Source: Escherichia coli
GTDB lineage: Bacteria > Pseudomonadota > Gammaproteobacteria > Enterobacterales > Enterobacteriaceae
Reading direction: 5' to 3' (one strand)
Assembly (NCBI RefSeq): GCF_051903065.1
Contig: NZ_CP178438.1
Length of the DNA: 64,000 nt
Numbering within the stretch: the stretch's first letter is position 1; every line of letters starts with the position of its first letter. Below are positions 41,658 to 64,000 of this stretch, piece by piece. The position numbers and the translations under genes were made by a program. The notes under the pieces are model-generated. The model saw only the letters and a program-made list of their open reading frames with translations. It had not been told where the DNA came from and searched no databases.

Positions 41658-42068
41658 ATGAGCATTATTAAAGAATTTCGCGAATTTGCGATGCGCGGGA
41701 ACGTGGTGGATTTGGCGGTGGGTGTCATTATCGGTGCGGCATTCGGGAAGATTGTATCTTCACTGGTTGCCGATATCATCATGCCACCTCTGGGCTTATT
41801 AATTGGCGGGATCGACTTTAAACAGTTTGCTGTCACGCTACGCGATGCGCAAGGGGATATCCCTGCTGTTGTGATGCATTACGGTGTCTTCATTCAAAAC
41901 GTCTTTGATTTTCTGATTGTGGCCTTTGCCATCTTTATGGCGATTAAGCTAATCAACAAACTGAATCGGAAAAAAGAAGAACCAGCAGCCGCACCTGCAC
42001 CAACTAAAGAAGAAGTATTACTGACAGAAATTCGTGATTTGCTGAAAGAGCAGAATAACCGCTCTTAA
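41658..42068 (+). CDS. mscL: Large-conductance mechanosensitive channel
   Basis: 136-aa [57 protein letters not shown]. Confidence 0.95.
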
Positions 42069-42283
42069 CAAGCGCCTGAAAGCAGAAGACCAGTGGTAAA
42101 AAAGTGATTTACTTTCTTGCCACTGGCCTCCCAGTTGCCCCGATTGCCATGTTTTCCTTTTCGCATGTAACTGCCTTTCCCCTTCTTATTTTTCTCTACG
42201 CGCTGTCGGAATAAGGGATCATGTAGTAATGCTTCTATCGCATTATCCTTTATCTGCCCTTTAGTATGCTGATATCGGCTCAT
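42065..42283 (-). CDS. arfA: Alternative ribosome-rescue factor A
   Basis: 72-aa [52 protein letters not shown]; 3' end overlaps mscL 3' end by 4 nt. Confidence 0.85.
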
Positions 42284-42338
42284 AAAAACTCCAGTTGGTT
42301 ATTTAACGGCGCGAGTGTAATCCTGCCAGTGCAAAAAA

Positions 42339-42764
42339 TCAACAGCCACTCTTAACGCCAGTTGCTCCTTGTTCAAGAGCTTCAAGAATCGAGCAATAAA
42401 CACTGCTATGGGCAGTCCCACAACAGGCATCGTTAAGGCGTTGCAAGGAACGCTGCATACTCTGCAACTCGGCTATCCGTGCTTCGACTTCCTGCAATCT
42501 TTCCTGCACAATGCCTTTTGACTCCTGACAGGTATGGTGTTCAGGATCGATGCGGATCGACAGCAACTCGCGGATCGACTCCAGACTGAAACCTAGTTGT
42601 CTGGCATGGCGGATAAATTTCAATCGCTGGAGATCGCTTTCGGTATACAGGCGAAACCCACCTTCGGTACGCACTTCATGCTCCATCATCTGCTGCTTTT
42701 CGTAATAACGAATCGTGTCGGGTGTTACTTCCGCCATTTTTGCCAGCTCACCAATGCGATACAT
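42339..42764 (-). CDS. zntR: Zn(II)-responsive MerR-family regulator ZntR
   Basis: Start at internal ATG gives MYRIGELAKMAEVTPDTIRYYEKQQMMEHEVRTEGGFRLY (141 aa). Confidence 0.85.
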   Translation of the reverse strand: MYRIGELAKMAEVTPDTIRYYEKQQMMEHEVRTEGGFRLYTESDLQRLKFIRHARQLGFSLESIRELLSIRIDPEHHTCQESKGIVQERLQEVEARIAELQSMQRSLQRLNDACCGTAHSSVYCSILEALEQGATGVKSGC

Positions 42765-42774
42765 ACATACTCCA

Positions 42775-43143
42775 CTAGTTATCGTTGATTTTGTCCAACA
42801 ACTTGTCAGCATAATCGCCGCGTAAAAAATCGGTACTCAATCCAGCTTGTCGCAGCTTCAATTCCAGTAATGACAATCGACGGCTAACCTCTTGATATTG
42901 CGGATCATCGTGACGGATACCTCTCAGGATATCCAGAAGCTGAATTGCTTCCCTCCGCTGCTCAAGTTCTGGCGGTAAGCAACCGGCATTCTTCAGCAAG
43001 CGATACCCCGCACGTAATTCCGGTGGCACATGAGAATCATCATCCAGTATCAATGGTTCGCCGCTACCTGCCAGGTTATCAAACTCACCTTTCGCTTGCG
43101 CTTCTGCTATATGACGCTCTGCCCACTGGTCAAGTAACCACAT
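42775..43143 (-). CDS. yhdN: DUF1992 protein YhdN
   Basis: 122-aa ORF MWLLDQWAERHIAEAQAKGEFDNLAGSGEPL. Confidence 0.8.
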   Translation of the reverse strand: MWLLDQWAERHIAEAQAKGEFDNLAGSGEPLILDDDSHVPPELRAGYRLLKNAGCLPPELEQRREAIQLLDILRGIRHDDPQYQEVSRRLSLLELKLRQAGLSTDFLRGDYADKLLDKINDN

Positions 43144-43209
43144 AAATACTCCAGGGGATGAACAAAAAGAGTACAGCTATTGTAGATAAGTGGGGATGCT
43201 ACGGGTATA

Positions 43210-43237
43210 AAAAAACCCGCCGGGGCGGGTTTTTTTA
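43210..43237 (-). terminator. Rho-independent terminator after rplQ (end of alpha operon)
   Basis: aaaaaacccgccggggcgggttttttt: GC hairpin with flanking A/T runs on both sides. Confidence 0.65.
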
Positions 43238-43249
43238 CGTTGCTTCAGA

Positions 43250-43657
<408 letters not shown>

Positions 43658-43673
43658 TTAACCTGTGATCCGG

Positions 43674-44663
43674 TTACTCGTCAGCGATGCTTGCCGGTGG
43701 CCAGTTTTCCAGGCGCATGCCCAGAGACAGTCCACGGGAAGCCAGCACGTCTTTAATCTCAGTAAGAGATTTTTTACCAAGGTTAGGCGTTTTAAGGAGC
43801 TCAACCTCGGTACGTTGTACCAGATCACCGATATAGTGGATAGCTTCTGCTTTAAGGCAGTTAGCAGAGCGGACAGTCAATTCCAGATCGTCAACAGGGC
43901 GCAGCAGGATCGGATCGAACTCTGGTTTCTCTTCTTTCACTTCAGGCTGACGTACATCACGTAAGTCAACGAAAGCTTCCAGTTGTTCAGCCAGAATGGT
44001 TGCCGCACGACGAATCGCCTCTTCAGGATCGATTGTGCCGTTGGTTTCCATTTCGATGACCAGCTTGTCCAGGTCGGTACGCTGTTCTACACGCGCTGCT
44101 TCAACATTGTAGGCAATACGCTCCACAGGGCTGTAGCATGCGTCGACCAGCAGACGGCCGATTGGGCGCTCATCTTCTTCCGAATGAATTCGGGTAGAAG
44201 CCGGCACATAACCACGACCGCGCTGAACTTTGATACGCATGCTAATAGACGCGTTCTCATCGGTCAGGTGGCAGATCACGTGCTGCGGCTTGACGATTTC
44301 GACATCACCGTCGTGGGTGATATCGGCTGCAGTCACAGGGCCAATGCCAGATTTATTCAAGGTAAGAATAACTTCATCTTTGCCCTGAACTCTCACCGCC
44401 AGCCCTTTCAGGTTGAGCAGGATTTCCAGGATATCTTCCTGAACGCCTTCTTTGGTGCTGTACTCATGTAGTACACCATCAATCTCAACCTCGGTCACCG
44501 CGCAACCCGGCATCGATGAGAGCAGAATACGGCGCAGTGCGTTACCCAGAGTATGGCCAAAGCCACGCTCTAAAGGCTCAAGGGTCACCTTGGCGTGCGT
44601 CGAACTCACTTGCTCGATATCAACCAGGCGCGGTTTTAGAAACTCTGTCACAGAACCCTGCAT
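43674..44663 (-). CDS. rpoA: RNA polymerase alpha subunit
   Basis: 329-aa [56 protein letters not shown]. Confidence 0.95.
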
Positions 44664-44688
44664 TGTGTCCTCTCTTTGGTACTAAGCT

Positions 44689-45735
<1,047 letters not shown>

Positions 45736-45748
45736 TCAATCACCCCGA

Positions 45749-46114
<366 letters not shown>

Positions 46115-46204
46115 CTACTATTTAATATGTACGTTCCATGCTGAAAAGCCCGTTTTCAGGATACTCAAATGGAAACGCACAGACATACAAAAGATTGGCT
46201 GGCT

Positions 46205-46233
46205 AATCTAGCCAGCTCAACCCAACTTTGCAA
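46205..46233 (-). promoter_or_regulatory. Candidate alpha-operon promoter (-35 TTGCAA, 17-bp spacer, -10 TAGATT), upstream of the rpsM leader
   Basis: Hexamers read on the minus strand between rpmJ and rpsM; the rpsM leader (46106-46200) is the known S4 autoregulatory target. Confidence 0.45.
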
Positions 46234-46251
46234 GAAAAATATGCGAAAAAA

Positions 46252-47731
<1,480 letters not shown>

Positions 47732-47738
47732 CTGCTAC

Positions 47739-48872
<1,134 letters not shown>

Positions 48873-48877
48873 CTACC

Positions 48878-50185
<1,308 letters not shown>

Positions 50186-50212
50186 TTACTCCCGTGATTC
50201 AATTGGTGACAA

Positions 50213-50521
<309 letters not shown>

Positions 50522-50532
50522 GTAACCCTACC

Positions 50533-51795
<1,263 letters not shown>

Positions 51796-51859
51796 CTAAT
51801 GTCAACTACTACTGAGACCCGAAAATCAGGTCGTTAAAAATCCCCATATCGAGGGCGCG

Positions 51860-51890
51860 GCATTATAACACCGCTTCAAGGATATGGGTA
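51860..51890 (-). promoter_or_regulatory. spc operon promoter (extended -10: TGtTATAAT at 51862-51870; -35 weak)
   Basis: rc reads ...CCTTGAAGCGGTGTTATAATGCCGCGCCC, in the rpsQ-rplN gap. Confidence 0.5.
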
Positions 51891-51922
51891 GAAAAAATAA
51901 ACGGCTCATTTCTGAGCCGTTT
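51891..51922 (-). terminator. S10 operon terminator (after rpsQ)
   Basis: Minus-strand transcript: aaacggctcagaaatgagccgttt hairpin followed by TTATTTTTTC. Confidence 0.65.
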
Positions 51923-51947
51923 ATTCGTATCGAGAGAGTGTACTGTA

Positions 51948-53876
<1,929 letters not shown>

Positions 53877-53881
53877 CTACC

Positions 53882-54163
<282 letters not shown>

Positions 54164-54176
54164 TTATCCTCTAAAA

Positions 54177-56572
<2,396 letters not shown>

Positions 56573-56592
56573 TCAATCGCTCAATGACCTGA

Positions 56593-57075
<483 letters not shown>

Positions 57076-57081
57076 CCGCGC

Positions 57082-57109
57082 ATTATACGCAAATCTGAGC
57101 CTGACGCAA
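57082..57109 (-). promoter_or_regulatory. S10 operon promoter (-35 TTGCGT, 16-bp spacer, -10 TATAAT, GCGCGGG discriminator)
   Basis: rc of 57082-57109 reads TTGCGTCAGGCTCAGATTTGCGTATAAT followed by GCGCGGGC. Confidence 0.65.
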
Positions 57110-57282
57110 GCATCGGGCAGAAATTAATCGCAACGCGCAGATTGCGAGCTGCATTCCACGAAATTTGTAAGGTTGTGAAGATAGCGTTTTTCACCGGAAT
57201 CAGGTTAACAAATCAGCGCTCTCTCTGTTGCTGAGCATCCGGAGTTATTCGATGGTGATACTCCAATTACAGAGGATGTTTT

Positions 57283-57750
57283 ATGGACACTACCCTTCCC
57301 TTTCTAATTTTGTACGCTTGTTTATCAGCCCTACTTTTTTTCTGGGATGCAAAGCATGGCTTGTTACCTGACAGATTTACGTGCCCGTTACTCTGGTCAG
57401 GTCTTTTGTTCTATCAAGTTTGTCATCCTGATGGTTTAGCCGATGCGTTATGGGGGGCAATTATTGGTTACGGCACATTCGCTGTCATTTACTGGGGGTA
57501 TCGCATACTGCGCCATAAAGAAGGATTAGGCTATGGTGATGTGAAGTTTCTCGCCGCCCTTGGCGCCTGGCATTCATGGGCCTTCTTACCACGACTGGTT
57601 TTCCTTGCTGCCTCATTCGCTTGCGGAGCCGTAGTTATTGGTCTGCTCATGAGAGGAAAAGAATCATTAAAAAACCCGCTGCCTTTTGGGCCATTTCTGG
57701 CGGCTGCGGGTTTCGTTATAGGCTGGGATAGTTTGCTGATAGGCCGTTAA
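57283..57750 (+). CDS. Type IV prepilin peptidase-like membrane protein (peptidase A24 family), short form (155 aa); probably corresponds to the terminal gspO gene of the T2SS locus found here in K-12
   Basis: 155-aa hydrophobic ORF with LLPDRF and [18 protein letters not shown] motifs (the two catalytic-Asp motifs of prepilin peptidases); RBS GAGGA 8 nt upstream; convergent with bfr. Confidence 0.7.
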   Translation: MDTTLPFLILYACLSALLFFWDAKHGLLPDRFTCPLLWSGLLFYQVCHPDGLADALWGAIIGYGTFAVIYWGYRILRHKEGLGYGDVKFLAALGAWHSWAFLPRLVFLAASFACGAVVIGLLMRGKESLKNPLPFGPFLAAAGFVIGWDSLLIGR

Positions 57751-58223
57751 TCTTTAACTTTAATTTGTGATTGCAGGTAATTTTGTAGGCCGATTTTACC
57801 GATGAGATCCAGTTCAGTTTCGAGCCAGTCGATATGACCTTCTTCATCGGCAAGGATCTCGATCATCATATCGCGGCTAACATAGTCATGAACGCTGTCG
57901 GCATACGCGATAGCCTCACGCAGATCCTTCGCACCTTCCAGCTCTAATCGCAGGTCGGATTGCAGCATCTCTTCGACATCTTCACCGATCCCTAGCTTAC
58001 CTAAATCCTGTAAGTTGGGGATTCCTTCTAAAAACAAAATACGCTCGATATATTTATCAGCGTGTTTCATCTCATCGATGGATTCATGGTATTCGACGTC
58101 ATTAAGACGCATCAGTCCCCAGTTTTTAAACATCCGGGCATGGAGAAAATACTGATTGATTGCGACAAGCTCATTTCCCAATAGTTTATTGAGATAATTT
58201 ATGATTTTAACATCACCTTTCAT
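57747..58223 (-). CDS. bfr: Bacterioferritin
   Basis: 158-aa [59 protein letters not shown]. Confidence 0.9.
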   Translation of the reverse strand: MKGDVKIINYLNKLLGNELVAINQYFLHARMFKNWGLMRLNDVEYHESIDEMKHADKYIERILFLEGIPNLQDLGKLGIGEDVEEMLQSDLRLELEGAKDLREAIAYADSVHDYVSRDMMIEILADEEGHIDWLETELDLIGKIGLQNYLQSQIKVKD

Positions 58224-58295
58224 TTTATAGTCCCTCCGCTTCCACTATTAGAGCGTAGATGGGGCTAGCGGGATGTCAAAAAATAAGCGTGGGCT

Positions 58296-58490
58296 TCAGG
58301 CAATCTCTTTAAATTCTGGCATCTGCATCAACTCGTCCTGCATCACTTCGCGCGCGGCGCGAATGCACTTACCACATTGATTTCCCACAGGAATAAACTT
58401 ACGCAATTGTTGGAAAGATTGCGGATGAAACTGACGGACTGCCTGGCGAATTTTTTTGTCACTTACACCATTACACAAACAAACGTACAT
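58296..58490 (-). CDS. bfd: Bacterioferritin-associated ferredoxin
   Basis: 64-aa ORF MYVCLCNGVSDKKIRQAVRQF...GNQCGKC with [2Fe-2S] Cys motif. Confidence 0.9.
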   Translation of the reverse strand: MYVCLCNGVSDKKIRQAVRQFHPQSFQQLRKFIPVGNQCGKCIRAAREVMQDELMQMPEFKEIA

Positions 58491-58523
58491 GATTGCTCCC
58501 GTTCAAATTCTGCGCAAAGTGTA

Positions 58524-58546
58524 AATGAGAATAGTTATGATTACAA
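58524..58546 (-). promoter_or_regulatory. Candidate Fur box upstream of bfd
   Basis: rc reads TGTAATCATAACTATTCTCATT, a partial match to GATAATGATAATCATTATC; bfd is Fur-regulated by established knowledge. Confidence 0.35.
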
Positions 58547-58622
58547 TAGCACAGTTTTATTTGCGCCATAGTTCAGCGAGCAAAATTACGACTAAATATT
58601 TCGAGCTCAAATTACGGGCAGC

Positions 58623-58647
58623 AAAAAGGGCGCCGAAGCGCCCTTTT
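58623..58647 (-). terminator. Rho-independent terminator after tufA
   Basis: Minus-strand transcript: GGGCGCTTCGGCGCCC hairpin followed by TTTTT. Confidence 0.7.
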
Positions 58648-58672
58648 CAATTCAAAACTAATTAACGTGTAA

Positions 58673-59914
<1,242 letters not shown>

Positions 59915-59927
59915 TTAACCCTTAGGC

Positions 59928-62054
<2,127 letters not shown>

Positions 62055-62138
62055 TTATCTTTTAGGCGTTCAATTTAAGTAGCCCAAAGCGGGCTGCTTA
62101 CTGGAAGCGCCCGCCTGGTGACTAAAACTCCGAAGGGA

Positions 62139-62624
<486 letters not shown>

Positions 62625-62705
62625 TTAATTCAGGATTGTCCAAAACTCTACGAGTTTAGTTTGACATTTAAGTTAAAACGTTTGGCCTTACTTAACGGAG
62701 AACCA

Positions 62706-63183
<478 letters not shown>

Positions 63184-63205
63184 GAAATATACAACGATCC
63201 CGCCA

Positions 63206-63493
63206 TCACCAGGCCATCTGGCTGGAGTGCTTAACCGTAAGTCTGACGAAATCAGTATAGTCAATGGGAATGATGTCGTTCGAAATTTGACCAGTCAAAC
63301 CGCGGGCAATAAGGTCTTCGTTCAGGGCATAGACCTTAATGGGGGCATTACGCAGACTTTCAAGGTAGCGGTTACCGTCAACTGCGGCAGTTACGCCATC
63401 TTGCAATAATAGCAGTTCGTCGCCTTCACTGAGCAGACGCAGCAGCGCAGCAAAATCCGTCAGCCAGGGTGAACGATGTAACGTGTGCAGCAT
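63206..63493 (-). CDS. tusB: Sulfur relay protein TusB
   Basis: 95-aa [37 protein letters not shown]. Confidence 0.9.
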   Translation of the reverse strand: MLHTLHRSPWLTDFAALLRLLSEGDELLLLQDGVTAAVDGNRYLESLRNAPIKVYALNEDLIARGLTGQISNDIIPIDYTDFVRLTVKHSSQMAW

Positions 63494-63500
63494 AAACGCC

Positions 63501-63859
63501 TCAAAACCTCAAAATAACATCGTAGTTGGCGAGTTCGCGGCGTAAGGCATCTGCTTCGAGCGGCGTGGCTTCGACAACAAAGGGGGTCTGCGGATCTAAC
63601 CCGCGTTCGCGCAGTGAAGCCGCACAAACCCAGCACTGTTCAATGTCGTACAGACCCAACAATTTAAAAGTGGCAATGTAATCACGCGCCAGCACTGCAT
63701 CGGGCTTTTGTCCTGGCAGTAGCTGAAAAACGCCATCAGCAATAAAGAAGACGGCCAGCTCGTCAGTTAACGCGGAAGTTGCCAGTAAAGCATCTAAACC
63801 TTCCCGCCCGGCAGCGGTACCATGAGGCACAGTAGAAAAAACAAACGCAATTCGTTTCA

Positions 63860-63860
<1 letters not shown>
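63501..63860 (-). CDS. tusC: Sulfur relay protein TusC
   Basis: 119-aa [42 protein letters not shown]. Confidence 0.9.

Positions 63861-64000
<140 letters not shown>

Overview
This window is a conserved enterobacterial (Escherichia coli / Shigella-type) chromosomal segment, colinear with the K-12 tldD to tusD region. I found no CRISPR array, prophage, defence island or other novel system; the only accessory-type content is one IS1 copy and three places where gene content is shorter than the K-12 order I recall. All identifications are from reading the sequence and the ORF track against remembered E. coli protein and RNA sequences; no database search was run. Note that the ORF track reports GTG/TTG starts as M, so several starts were moved to the internal ATG or GTG that matches the known N-terminus.

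Layout, left to right:
- 1-13,300: tldD (partial), a REP/BIME array, yhdP, rng, yhdE, mreDCB, csrD, acuI.
- 14,284-20,415: accBC, yhdT, panF, prmA, dusB-fis.
- 20,501-22,237: yhdJ truncated by a complete 768-bp IS1, followed directly by yhdV.
- 22,668-26,821: yhdWXYZ amino-acid ABC transporter, with a sigma54-type promoter upstream.
- 27,050-32,397: a complete rrnD-type rRNA operon on the minus strand (16S, tRNA-Ile, tRNA-Ala, 23S, 5S, tRNA-Thr, second 5S).
- 32,870-43,143: yrdA, yrdB, aroE, tsaC, yrdD, smg, dprA, def-fmt-rsmB-trkA, mscL, arfA, zntR, yhdN.
- 43,250-56,904: the alpha, spc and S10 ribosomal-protein operons, including secY, rpoA, rpmJ and rpmD.
- 57,283-64,000: a lone short prepilin-peptidase gene, bfr-bfd, the str operon (rpsL-rpsG-fusA-tufA) and tusBCD (tusD partial).

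Strain-specific points worth a second look: the IS1 junction with apparent loss of yhdU-acrS-acrEF; absence of the gsp type II secretion genes and chiA around bfr; Bfr/Bfd that look diverged from K-12; and the 156-aa (non-K-12) form of rpsG.
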